DNA of 61,692 bases, filler included, from Chiloscyllium plagiosum (lineage: Eukaryota): assembly GCF_004010195.1 (NCBI RefSeq). It is 4 parts of one record of this genome, joined end to end, with 100 filler letters (N's around TTAATTAATTAA, not from the genome) between each part and the next. Parts side by side here need not be neighbours in the genome. Positions count along the whole stretch, not along the records: positions 38,768 to 51,826 come from NC_057710.1; positions 51,927 to 61,692 come from NC_057710.1; 2 more parts are not named here. One strand, given 5' to 3'. The notes beneath the pieces were generated by a model. The model saw only the letters and a list, made by a program, of their open reading frames with translations, made no database searches and was not told where the DNA came from. Positions 48,541 through 61,399 of the stretch are shown in pieces. A program made the position numbers and the translations under genes. Position 1 is the stretch's first letter. Every line of letters begins with the position of its first letter.

Positions 48541-50695
48541 TTCCATTTGAAATTTGAGGGACTGAACATTTATTGGACTACAGAGGTGGGATAGGATGCA
48601 AACAATGCTGTTATTGGCCTGTGTGCCTGTCTCCTGCTCATTGCTGGCCTCTGAGCAATTTCATGAAGACAGGCTCAGGAGGTGATGCTGGTGGGCATTG
48701 ACCTGCCTGCCAGCAACAAGGAATCACTTAGGCCCCTTTAAAGGTTCTATGAAGGCAACTCTTCAAATGCTGACCCAAATGCTTGTCTGGAGTGCCTTAA
48801 CATGCCCTCGGTACATTGCAGTATCTAATTTAGTATTAGCCACAAAATGACTCTTCAGATGTGCTTTTTCCAGTTCCACACTTTATTGATTCTGACTTTC
48901 CAGCATCTGCAGTCCTCACTATCTCCTTCAGCTGGTCTTGCCATGTACTTGCAAAGTTTAAAAAGAAACTTGTAGAAAATAATCAGCAAGTCAAGCAGCA
49001 TCTGTGAAGTGTGGAACAGAGTTCGCCTTTCTTACTGATTATCAGTTCTCAGAACTTTTGATGCCTGCATAGTCCTGATTATTTTTGCCACGTTTTGCCA
49101 TTTGAGTAGTGAATTGATAGAATTAAATGTTTGTTAGATTGGCTTCTATTCAAAGTAAGTTGCCTTCTTTTCCCAACTGTAGAGCATTAAAAGAGCTGAT
49201 GGGTGAACAGACCACACCAGTTGCTCACAGTAATGTTGATGGGGGAGGGGAGATAAGAGAGGAGAATGTGCCCTTTTAGTAGAACCCTATTCCCACTGTC
49301 ACCACCATATGTTTCTGATCATTGCAGCTTAGTGAATCATCCAGTCCACAGCCTGATCATGACCCTGCTGCTGCTGGTGCTGGTGTCATGTTCTTCTCAA
49401 AAATAAAAGCAATGAAGGATTCAGCTGCTAGATATTTTTGCTTCCTGCATTAATTTTGCTTCAATCTCTGCTTATAAACAACAATGCACGATACACTCAT
49501 TGTAAATGTTCTGTGACAAACTAAATATCAATTGATAAAGTAAAATATTCTGTTGTGAAAGTGTTTTGTTTGTCAATTTAAACTAATGGAATTATAAATT
49601 TTTGAAGCTTAGTTTAATCTTTGCGAAAATCTGGTTCTTTTGAGACTAATTGTGGAGGTGGATCTGGGGATAGGACAGGTTTTCTGTCATATGATAGAAA
49701 CATCCTCTTCAATGTTTTCTTGAGTGAAAATGCTAAATTTATGGATGAGCATGCCATTACACTTTGCCTCCTGCTGGGACCTTCCAGCCTCCAACTTCTG
49801 GGCATCAATTTTATAAGGTACGCAGATGGTATTTCACTTAACTGCAACCCACGAGCATCACTTAAACTTTACTCATCGCCCCCACACACGCTGGAGTGCC
49901 AGAGATCAGGCAAAAAGTGTGTGACAGTTCACGGACACTATCCTAGAGGTTCCTAGGAGAGAAGGAAGGTCCTTTTCCTTGGAAACAGCACCAGCAGCAC
50001 TTCCTGACTAACGAAGGCAGTGTGGACAGAGGTACTTGCAGTAGTCAGCTCTCATGAGCAGCTCAAGAGAACCTGGCTCCATTTATTCAATCAGATAATT
50101 ATCTGCACTCTGCCAGGGTGAGTGCTACTCAATGCTTCAAGCTTTCATGCGTGTGAGTTAACATTCTAAGTTTACCACTGCAAGTGATGGTTACACAATT
50201 TTGAATGCCAAACATCTCCCATCAGTCAGCTCATGTGCAATCACTGCCAGTTACTTCCTTCCAGCTACCAGTGTAGCACCACTTGTACCAGTGTTACTGC
50301 CTCTCATATATCTGACAGATAAAAACACATAAAATATCAAAGCTGCTGTAACATTCAGAAACTTATGCTCCACCAGTGACCATTCATTTCAACTAGGAAA
50401 ATGGCACATGGGACAAGGACAACATCACAAAATATAGCTTCAGGACGAGCACTTCACAGATACTTAAGCATTTACAGCATATAATGCTTTACTGATTTGC
50501 ATCAACTCTAGTTCTTTGACAATGCTAAACCACCTTTCAATCAGAACCCTTAACTCCTAATTTCCCATATGCCACATTTTTTTAAAACTAGTCAAGTTAA
50601 GTTGCCATAGTCTTATCAAACCATGGGTCTGCCCCCTCATTAGAGAAAGCTGACTGGTGGTGATTCATCCTGAGGGGAGGTTGATCCTTCATGGT

Positions 50696-53500
50696 GGTAG
50701 ATAGGCATTTCTGTGGTCGAAAATGAGACTCCCAAATGGTATGTTGCTTCCCAGGTGCACAGGTCAGGGATGTCTCAGATTGACTGCAGAGAATTCTCAA
50801 TGGGGAGGGTGTATAGCCAGTTGTTGTAATACATATAGGCACCAATGATATAGGTAAAAAATGGGATGAGGTCCTACAGGAAGAATTTAGAGAGTTAGGA
50901 ACCAAGTTTAAAAGGTAAGACCTCAGAGATAATAATCTCAGGATTGCTACCAGTGTCACATGCGAGTCAGAATAGGAATGATAGAATATTCAGGATGAAT
51001 GCGTGGCTTGGGAGATGATGCAGGAGGGAGGAATTCAGATTGTTGGGATATTGGGACCAGTTCTGGGGGAGGTGGAACTATTGCAAATTGTATGTCTACA
51101 CCTGGGCTGGACTGGAACCAATGTCCTTGGGAGTGCTTTTGCTGATGCTTTTGGGAGGGTTTAAATTAATGTGGCGGGGGATAGGAACCAAACGAGGTTA
51201 GTGGCCAAGAAGGAGGTAGTAATTAAAGCCTACAAGGAACTAGTTGATGAAGTCACTGTGAGTAAGGGGAAGAGTAGGCAGGAAGCGCCGGATGAACGCA
51301 GAGGGAATGGTGGTCTGAGGTGCATTTGTTTTAATGCAAGCAGTATTGTAGATAAGGCCGATGACTTTGGGGCTTAGATTAGTACATGAGAGTCTGATGT
51401 TATAGCTATTACTGAGACTTGGTTGAGGGAAGGGCATGATGACAACTATTTCTGGGTATAATGCAGAAGATGCTGGATCAGTTCATTCCACAAAGGAAGA
51501 AAGATCCTATGAGGAGGCAAGGGTGGCCGTGGCTGACGAGGGAAGTTAAGAAACATATAAAGTCAAAAGAGAAAAAGTATAACCGAGCAAAGATGAGTGG
51601 GAAAACGGAGGACTGGGAAGCTTTTAAAGAACAACAGAGGATTACTAAGAAGGAAATACGAAGAGAAAAAATGAGGTACGAAGTTAAACTGGCCAAAAAT
51701 ATAAAGGAGGATAGTAAAAGCTTTTTTAGGTATTTGAAAGGGAAAAAAATGGTTAAGACTAAAATTGAGCCCTTGAAGACAGAAACAGGGGAATATATTA
51801 CGGGGAACAAAGAAATGGCAGAAGAGNNNNNNNNNNNNNNNNNNNNNNNNNNNNNNNNNNNNNNNNNNNNTTAATTAATTAANNNNNNNNNNNNNNNNNN
51901 NNNNNNNNNNNNNNNNNNNNNNNNNNCTCTGCCCCAGAAGGCAGTGGAGGCCCAGTCTCTGGATTCGTTTAAGAAAGAATTGGATAGAGCTCTCAAGGAT
52001 AGTGGAATCAAGGGTTATGGAGATAAGGCAGGAACAGGATACTGATTGAGGGTGATCAGCCATGATCATAATGAATGGTGGTGCAGGCTCGAAGGACAGA
52101 ATGGCCTAATCCTGCATCTATTGTCTATTGTAAATGTCCCAGGATGCTTCAAGCAGGATAGAGAGGGAGGTGAAAGAGATGGAAGAGTTGCATTACTCGT
52201 CAAAGAAGGTACTACAGCTGTGCTGAAGGAGGGCACTATGGAAGATTCTAGCACTGAGGCAATATGGGCAGAGCTCAGAAATAGGAAGAGTATGGTAACA
52301 ATGTTGGAATTGTACTACAGTCCTCCCAACAGCAAACTTGAGATAGAGGTACAAATGTGTAGAACGATCATAGAAAGGTTGAGGAGCAGCAAAGTGCTGG
52401 TGATAGGAGATTTTTAATTTTCCAACATTGACTGGGATTCACTTAGTATTAGAGGTGTGGATGGAGCAGAATTTGTAAGGAACATCCAGGAAGGTTGTAC
52501 AGAACAGTATGTAAGTAAAGTAGTCCAACTCGTGAAAAGGCCATACTGGACCTGGTGTTAGGAAGTGAACCCAGCCAGGTGTTCAGTCGGGGATTACTTG
52601 AGAATAGTGATCACAATTCGATACGTTTTAGGATAGTCATGGACAAAGATGAGAGTGGGCCTAAAGGAAGAGTGCTGGGGGAAGGCCAACTATAGCTAAA
52701 TTCAGCAGGAGCTGAGGAATGTAGATTGGGAGCAGCTATTTAAAGGGAAATCCATATTGTATATGTGGGAGGCTTTTAAAGGGAGGTTCATTAGAGTTCA
52801 GGAGAGATAAATTCCTGTGAAAATGTGGGATAGAAATGGCAAGATTAGGGAACCTTGGATGACAGTGAAATTGTGAGACTTGCTAATAGGAAAAAGGATG
52901 CGTACATAAGGTCTAAGTGACTGAAGTCAGATGAAGCTTTGGAAGAATATCGGAAATGTAGGACCGATATTCTTTGGAAGAATATCAGGAATCTGAAGCG
53001 AGGAATTAAGACAGCTAGAAGAGGTCATGAAATATCCTTAGCTAGCTGGGATAAGGAAAACGCCAAAGCCTTTTATTCATATATAAGGAGCAAGAGGGTA
53101 ACGAGGGAAAGGGTTGGCCCAGTCAAGGATGAAAGATATGCGTGGAATCAGAGAAAATGGGTGAGATTCTTAATGAGTACTTTGCATCAGTATTCACCGA
53201 GGAGAGGGACATGACAGATGTTGAGGTTAGGGATAGATGTGTGATTACTCTAGGTAAGTCGGCATAAGGAGGGAGGAAGTGGTAGTTGCCTGGAATGCAT
53301 TGCCAGTGGAGGTGGTAGGAGCAGGAATGATAACATCATTTAAGATGTATCTAGACAGATACATGAATGGGCAGAGAGCAAATCTTTAGAAAACAGATCC
53401 TTAGAAAATAGGCAGCAGTTTTAGATAGAGAATCTGGATCAGCGCAGGCTTGGAAGGCCGAAGGGCCTGTTCCTGCGCTGTAATGTTCTTTGATCTCTTT
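50696..53500 (+). mobile_element. Old CR1 (ORF1 SGNH esterase, APE endonuclease, deleted RT, 3' tail) containing a younger CR1 at about 51441-52131 that spans a gap
   Basis: VCCFPGAQVRDVS..VVIHIGTNDIG; LRCICFNASSIVDK; AITETWL; YYSPPNS..VLVIGDF; young copy NIKEDSKSFFRYLKGK with (ctattgt) tail. Confidence 0.85.
51827..51926. other. Assembly gap with artificial spacer
   Basis: N44-TTAATTAATTAA-N44. Confidence 0.97.
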
Positions 53501-54626
53501 GTAACCTCAGCTAGTGTGGAAATTGGACCCACATAGTTTCACAAACAAACCGTTTGTGAGCGAAACTGACCCCCTTGGACTAGGAATGCTCATGGACAAT
53601 TACACCTCTGAGGATTGACATCTCTATCTATCTATTAATGCAGGAAAGTGCTCATTCTCACACCAATGGCTCATAATGCTGCTTTCCTTCTGCAGAAAGA
53701 ATTGCACAATAACAAATATGCACAGACAGGTATGGTGGTGAGGAATCGCCCAACATAGGCTGTTATCCCTTTTGAAGAGCAAGCCACCAGATTGGTAGGA
53801 GAGCAAGGACAATGTGCCTCTGGTGTATGGGAGGTTGGATATCTCCAGCCATCTATTGAGAAGGCCTCCAAGTGGCTACACCTGAATGCACATCAAGCTC
53901 CAGTGTCTTAATGAAATCTTGGGTCAGGCTCGCAACAGATCTTCATGTTTTTCTATGCATCTTCTGGATCCTACTCCTAAGTCAGGATCGAAACAAGAAG
54001 AAGCCCAGCTCCCAGCCCCTTCTCTATCAACACCTTATGGCATATCTTTGAGGACAGATAGCCATGAATCTCAACGGATGCATTGTTTCTCCAACCCTCC
54101 TCTAGCAGAGGCATTAATTTCAGTGGGTCATCTAGAGGAGGCTTGAGGCCAAACACCCTCAAAATCTTTTAAGAAGGCCACCCAGACCCTAACTCTTCTT
54201 ATTTTAAAGGTAGATGTGAGGTGGATATTCCAGGTGTGATGCAGCTAGTTAAACCACTCTGCTTTAAGTAAAACAGAATTTGTTTAAATATTACAGTTGA
54301 AACACACGTAAAAGAAAACAGAATTTAGAACTTAACTATTTGAAAATTCAGCCACCTCGACACCACACTTAACTAAGGAGATGTTCCAATTCCCATAACA
54401 TCCCATAAACACTCCCCTTGGCAAAAGGTAAATTCGAACACCAGTTCATACAGGCAGGAGAGATTTCTGAGAGAAAGCCAGTCAGGAACCATCTGCTAAA
54501 GCTTGAACCTTTCTCCACTGCAAGCAGCTTCTCTGTTACAGCGAAACCAAACTAGAAAAGACCTGAACTGGGATAACTGGCCACTACGCTGCCATTGTTA
54601 AGCTCGGCTCTTGCCCAGATATGGTG

Positions 54627-54722
54627 GTCAAGGTTAGAGTGGTGCTAGAAAAGCACAGCAGATCAGGCAGCATCCAAGGAGTAGGAAAATCGATGTTTCG
54701 GGCAAAATCCCTTCATTAGAAA
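54627..54722 (-). mobile_element. Decayed Penelope-type terminal repeat
   Basis: ttagagtggtgctagaaaagcacagcagatcaggcagcatccaaggag...gtttcgggcaaaatcccttcatta. Confidence 0.65.
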
Positions 54723-56686
54723 TTAGCACCTCTGCCTTTATGACCTCACTTGGAAAAAAAAATCAAGGGCAAAATAACCTTTTTAAAATGACAGTATCGT
54801 AACAAGTGAATATAGCCCTGACATAGTTCCGCACTGACAGGAGGAAGAAGTGTATCTGACACTTGGAGGAGTCCAGCAGACCAGGCTTTTCCTGGGGCCA
54901 ATGTAGATTATAAGCCTCTAGACTCCATCATTAATGAGTTGATTGAGATGCAGAAGTGAACAGCAGAACATCAAGCGGAGGTGCCAAAGATCGTGCACAG
55001 AGAGTGAAGACCAGAGAAGTATGCCCAAATTCTGGTTGATACCATGGCTCTAAACGGAGTGTATATGGCTACCTCCATGGGGGAAGCTGCTGTGATGAAG
55101 CAGATCCAACAGAACAATCAGGATCTATCACTCCATCACTTGAGCATTGGATACATGCATTCATTGGTCAGGTGAAAGGAGGTGATGAACCTTGAACTCT
55201 CTCCAGGTGCTGGATTGCCTTGAAGAGTGAGGGAGGTGTGATTAAGTATAGAGAAGGAGGACTGGTCACCAGATAACCAGGGATTGTCATCTTGTGGCAC
55301 TCTACAGGTGCCCTGTAGCACCACCTACCCTTTGCCATGAGTGGAGACAACTTTGTCCTTTACTCTTGAATCTCTCCCATGACTATTAGCCCTTCTACTC
55401 TCTCTCTCGAAACTACTGTACTTCCCACTTCCATCCAAATCCCCAACTCCTGCCCTACTTTTGCACACTCCCCAGCTCACCAAATTATCCCCATTGTATT
55501 CTCTACCCTTAAACATGTAACACTTACCCTTCTTGTCCCTCTGCCTTTACTTCTAATTGCGCCTTTTCCCTCTGCATTCCAGATTTCTCCCTTCATTCCC
55601 CAAGAACCTTCCAGTGTCCCGAGCAGCCCTGACCTTTAAGTTACATACCCCATCTTTCCTTTCCTTTGAACCTTTTCTGTTCAGCCCCTTTTCATGATAG
55701 ACTCTTTTTCAGTTACACCCCACTTCCTTCCCTCATCAGCTTTACTGATGTCCTTGCTAGAGCAGGTGAGTTATAAAGATGCTAAATTATGAAAGGAGTT
55801 TGTACCCAACAGAGGAAATAGTCAATCTAGAAAGGAGGGTTGAGGCAACAGCTCAGCTATGATCATATTGAATGGTGGAACTGAATTGAGAAGCTTAATG
55901 CAATAATCCTGCCCATACTACTTCCTTATATTTGTGTACATTGAAATGAGAATTTACTTACATATTTATATTAAAATAATAGATGAGCTTACTAAGATTT
56001 TGTAAAAATGTTGAGTCGCATAGACTCCCTGTTTGATCAATGGTGTGTATTGAACTCACCACACTCAGCGTCACTAGATGAAGGGGTGGAAATTCAGTTC
56101 TGGGTCCATTGATAATCGCTATATACCAAACTCTGCTAAAAGCTAAATATGTTTGGACATTGGATGAGGTGTAGGATTAGGTTGCCTGTAATGGCCTATG
56201 CAGTCTGGTTCTTACTCCATAATTGCCATAACTAGATAACTGGATACAGCGAAGAGTCAATGCAATCAAGAGGAGAAAGGGAACGATTGTTAAGAAACAA
56301 ATAAAAAAGTGGCATAGATACAGCAATAGTTTGTTTGCATGTAGAATTTTGTAGTACACTTCAAATGCCTTCCTATCTGTTTTATATCGTAACTTAAATC
56401 TAAATAACAAATATTATGAAACTTGGATTGACTTTTAATGTGATGTGAAAACTGCAATTAAACATGTGTATTTCTGCAATGAATAGTTGTGTTTAAAATA
56501 AATCTGAAGGAAAATATCTGCACATATAGGGTAATGTTTCCTTTAAATGTATGTTCTGAAATGGTAAATCCTTATAAAGAATAAATTGATTATTCCTCTA
56601 CAGAAATATGTTGGAGAGATTCTTCTTTGTAATCATATCTGTTTGATTTGCATGTTTCCATTTATTAAAGCTTTTCATTTTAACAG

Positions 56687-56825
56687 GCACCACTCTGTGT
56701 TGTAAGCCATGGAGAGAATGGACCAATTCGTTGTAACAGATGTAAAGCCTACATGTGTCCATTGATGCAGTTTATTGAAGGTGGACGGAGGTACCAGTGT
56801 GGATTCTGCAGTTGTATCAATGAAG
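56687..56825 (+). CDS. SEC24D: Internal exon of COPII coat subunit SEC24D (Sec23/Sec24 zinc finger)
   Basis: Acceptor ttttcattttaacAG|GCA and donor GAAG|GTTACT. The 139 bp translate to [46 protein letters not shown], matching the recalled SEC24C/D motif [30 protein letters not shown] favours SEC24D over SEC24C. Confidence 0.88.
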
Positions 56826-57094
56826 GTTACTATTTTACTTTATTGAATCTTCACATCACAAACTTTATAAAAGCTTAATAAACTTGACATAATGTTAATC
56901 TGTTTAAACAGTGACTGTTCCAGTTTAGTAGATATTTTTATTTCCCTTGTAAATTGAGAAATGTAAATTATTTTTGATAACTTCTCCTTGTTAAGGCAAG
57001 TTCTTTGCAGCTCTCAAAGGCATTATCATGTCGGTTGCAGAGGTCCATGGGGAATGGCTCCTAAAACACACCTGCAGGCCCCATCAGAATATTT

Positions 57095-58745
57095 CCTTCT
57101 TGGCTAACTTGTAACCCTCTCGAGCCCTGACTGATTCTTGCCTCCTCAACCTTAAGTAAGCTTCCTTTTCCTCTTGACTGGATGTTCCACATACCTTGTC
57201 ACACAAGGTTCCTTCCCCTACCATCCCTTTCCTGCCTCAGTGGGACAAACCTATCTAGCACTATCGGCAAGTGCTCCCTAAACAACCTCCACATTTCTGC
57301 CGTGCATTTCCCTGAGAACATCTGTCCCAAATGTAAGTGCCCCGTTCCTGCCTAATAGCATTGTAATTCCTCCTTCCCCAACTAAATACTTTCCCATACT
57401 GTCTGCCCCTATCCCTCTCCATGACTATAATAAAGGTCAGGGCGTTGTGATCACTATCACCAAAATGCTCTCCCAGCGAAAGATCTGACATCAGCCTGGT
57501 TCGTTGTCAAGCACCAAATCAAATTTGGCCTCCCCTCAAATTAGCCTATCTACATATTGAGTTAGGAATCTTTCCTGGACACACCTGACAAAATCTGCTC
57601 CATCCAAACTACTTGAACTAAGGAGGTTCCAATCAATATTATGAAAGTTAAAGTCACCCATGATACCAACCCTGTTACTTCTGTACCTTTTCCAAAATCT
57701 GTCTCTCAATTTGCTCCTCTGTGTCTCTGTTGCTATTGAGGGATCTGTAGAAAACTCCCAATAAAGTGACTGCTCCTTTCCTGTTTCTGACGTCCCCCCA
57801 TACTGACTCTGTAAACAAACCCTCCTCGACGACCTCCCTTACTGCATCTGGAATACTATCCCTGATTAGCAAAGCCACTTCCCACCTCTTTTACGTCCCC
57901 CTCTATTCCTTTTAAAACATCTAATCCCTGGAACATCCCAACAACTATTCATGCCCCTGTGATATCCAAGTCTCTGTAATGGCCACGACATCATAGTTCC
58001 AAGTACTGACCCATGCTCTAAGTTCATCACCCTTATTCCTGACACTTCTTGCATTAAAATAGACACACTTCAACTCATCACACTGACTGCAACTTTGCCA
58101 TAACAACTGTCTATCCCTCCTCACAGACTCTCTGCACGCTATATTCTGGCTGTTCACTAGCTACCATCCTCAGATGTGTAGCTGCGGTTCCCACCACACC
58201 TTGCCAAACCAGTTTAACCTTCCTGAAGAACTCTAGCAAATCTCCCATCCAGGATATTGGTGCCTCTTCTGTCCAGGTCCCACCTTTCCCAGAAGGTATC
58301 CCGGTAATCCACATATCTGAAGCCCTTCCTCCTATGCCAGTCCTGCACGTGTTTATCTGAACTCGCGCTCTGTTCCTAGCTTCACTAGCCCGTAGCATCG
58401 GTAGCAATCCTGAGCTTACTGCTGTGCTCATCCTGCCTTTTAGCTTCCAACCTAACTCTTTTCAGGTCCTCATCCCTTTTCCTAATTATGTCATTGGTAC
58501 CGATGTGTACCATGACTTCTGGCTGATTTCCTTCTCCCTTAAGAATCCTGTAGACTTGATCCAAGACATCCCTGACTCTGACCCCTGGGAGGCAACATAC
58601 CATCTGGGTGTCTCATTTGCAACCACAGAATCTCCTATCTGTTCCTCTCATCATTGAATCTCCTATCACTATTGCTCTCCAATTCTCCCTGCTTCCCTTC
58701 TGAGCTTCAGTGCCAAAGACCTGGCTGCTGAGGCTTTCCCATCCA
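57095..58745 (-). mobile_element. Frameshifted CR1 ORF1 esterase and ORF2 endonuclease fragment
   Basis: RAIVIGDSMMRGTDRRFCG; VCCLPGVRVRDV..VMVHIGTNDI; LKCVYFNARSVRNKGDEL..DVVAITETW; EHFGDSDHN. Confidence 0.88.
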
Positions 58746-60164
58746 GCAGGATCTCTAAACCCTGCCGCTAAACCAGGGCACCAGTTTCCCCTGTCTGCCA
58801 TATCCATGGCAAATAACAGGAAATGTGTCAGGCAGCTCCAGACTGGCGGTGCTTGTCTACATGGGCAACGGGAATTGAAAGATGGAGCAGGCACAAGGGA
58901 TCCCATTTTGTTGGCAGGTGAGTGGCTAGTTGTTCTGGAAATGGTGTGGTAGATGGGGCTAGAATCGGACATGAGAGCTCCATAGGGTATGGGTAGGTAA
59001 TTAATGAGGTGAGCTTGGTAAGATACGCTGAAAAATCACACTAGGTCTCATGCAAGAATCCCTCCAAAAATATGCAACATGACTCTGACTTAGTGAAACA
59101 AAAGTAAGATTCAGCCCTGTGTTCTTCAAGGGAAGATAGTATAGTATAATTCAAGGTTTAATGCTTCAACCCTAACTAAGTATTTATTCATTTAGCTTTC
59201 AAATTGCAACACAACAGGGGTCTGTTCTTTTTCTAAGACATCTAATTGCTTTATGTATCCCAGGAGGCAAAGATTTACATTCTGAAAGCTTACCATGAAC
59301 CTCCTTATTCTGATATATTTGGAAACAAATTTTAAGAAGTCTTTTCTTGAAAAGAAATTGCTTTGCTTGGTTTACACAAACTAATCAGGCACGTGGAACT
59401 GACTTTCTTAAGTTGCCTTGTTTGATTTCATAGCTAAATTATCCATCAATTTCTACACTAAGATTACTGCATTCCCTCAGTTGAAATCAGACCATATTTG
59501 TTCAAAGAAAGATCTGTCGAGTCTGTGGGCTGGGAGTAAGTGGTTGGCTTTCTTCCAAGTTCATTGCCAGAATTGTTTGACTGGAACATTTTACTTTAGT
59601 TGGATTTTATTCAGTTGGATCGTAATAACCCTTTCCCTTATAAAGTAAGCTTGTTAACACTGGATCTTAAAATCTTTCGTCCTGCTGCCTCCCCACAAAT
59701 TCTAGAGCAATAATACAATATTAGGCAGTCAGTGTGCAGAGGATTACTGCAGTTTATGTTGTACTGTAACTACAGTTAATGACTGCTATTCATTGCTATT
59801 AATGAGTTTTGTTTTCCATAAAGTCCATGTATGAATGATAATATTTGCTTGTGTTTAAACTGCTTCTGTAGGAAGCTGCTACAGATCTGTGATTTTCAGC
59901 TGATTATGTGACACTTTGGGAGTCCTTGCAACACTGCAGTGAAATTTCAGGGCTGGTGTATTTTTCATGTTGTGAAAATGATGATGAACGGGAGAAGTGC
60001 AAACTTTGTGTTTGCCAGTTTCCCAGGAACTCTGAGCTGTGGCCAAACTGGTCACTTGATAACAAGCTGCCAACTAGTGAGTGTTTTGTACAAATGAACA
60101 TTGGAAACTTGTGTGCAGCTAAAGTTCTTAAATGTTTGAAACTGCTGCTTAAAAGATTCAGGGT

Positions 60165-60335
60165 CAATAGACAATAGGTGCAGGAGTAGGCCATTCTGCC
60201 CTTCGAGCCTGCACCACCATTCAATATGATCATGGCTGATCATCCTTAATCAGTATCCTGTTCCTGCCTTATCTCCATAACCCTTGATTCCACTATCCTT
60301 CAAGGGTTATGGAGATAAGGCAGGAACAGGATACT
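60165..60335 (-). mobile_element. Young CR1 3' tail with a fold-back inverted duplication
   Basis: Near-identical to 510-650 and 51990-52131; perfect 36-bp inverted repeat at 60252-60287 and 60300-60335. Confidence 0.85.
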
Positions 60336-61305
60336 TCCATCCGTGTTGGATGAGGTTTTGCTAATCTCATGCAAAGATTATAACAGGACCACTGAAATCT
60401 CTTGATCACCAAAGTATCTCATGCTGCCTGTGAAAGACTGATAAAGCTAGTCCAGACAGAATATCTTGCTCTGTGGTTGCTATTGTAAGGTCCTTCTCCA
60501 AGAGCCACAGAAAAAGAAGATTGTGTGTTTTGGGTCTCTAGCATACCCTTTCTGTAGGAGGATTAAGTAGAGAATGAGCACAGTTCCTCCCATCCAGAGG
60601 ATCTGAAAGTAGAAAATCTGACAATTTAAGACTAGCCAGACCACCTCATTGTAGGTACATACACAGAATTTAAGTTGCAGACAGCTTTCATCCCATTTGT
60701 TACATTTGACATAGCAACCCTCTCACAATCTTACTGCTCTTTTATAATTGCACATGCATGCCTAAACAGCAGGCTACACTTTATGTATGGGATTTAAAAA
60801 CTAAAATTATTATCATCTATGAATGTAAGACCACAGAGCAAGCTTTCAAGAAAACCTAACAGTGGAATAGATATTGATTTATTAACATACAGTGCATCGC
60901 GCTGCCAGCAGAGCAACAAGCCTTCATGCTGAGACCTGAAGAAATTTGAGGTGAAACTTTCATTTGAACCTATTTAGACATTAGCTTGCATCTCGATTGA
61001 CCATGTTGAACAGAAGGTGTGATTTTGTTCATATTTAATGAAGCTTTACTGTGAACATGTAAAGACTGTTTTTCACTCAAAATCTTACACCTCTTCATAG
61101 AGTCTGGCAGGACTGTACGTAATCAGTGATCACACCAGAAAATGTTGACTTTCAAATACACTGAAAACGTACTTTGACTTTGTTTGTCAAAATTGCCATT
61201 TTAATGGACTTTTATGGCAGAAAGTGACATCATTTTATCAAAGCAAATGTTGTCATGATCACTATAACTTATTAATGAAGAAAAGAATGTGTGATTGTTT
61301 TTGAT

Positions 61306-61399
61306 TTTAGTTAGAATTAAGGAGAATCCAAAAGATTTTTACAAATATATTAAGGACAAAAGGATAACTAGGGGGAGAATAGGGCCCCTCAAAGATCAA
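61306..61399 (+). mobile_element. CR1 ORF2 fragment
   Basis: RIKENPKDFYKYIKDKRITRGRIGPLKDQ. Confidence 0.75.

Larger units (their letters stand above)
49925..55330 (+). pseudogene. Decayed Myb/SANT-like (NAIF1/MSANTD-type) gene of a PIF/Harbinger transposon, split by nested insertions
   Basis: 49957-50085 reads ERRKVLF...*LTKAVWTEVLAVVSSHEQLKRTWLH, followed by a donor gccagg|gtgagt at about 50117; 53745-53840 reads IPFEEQATRLVGEQGQCASGVWEVG; a coiled-coil-like remnant lies at about 54930-55120. Confidence 0.45.

Noticed and set aside
49621..49956. 111-aa ORF as a host exon
   Set aside because: No recognisable domain or splice support; it overlaps decayed transposon sequence
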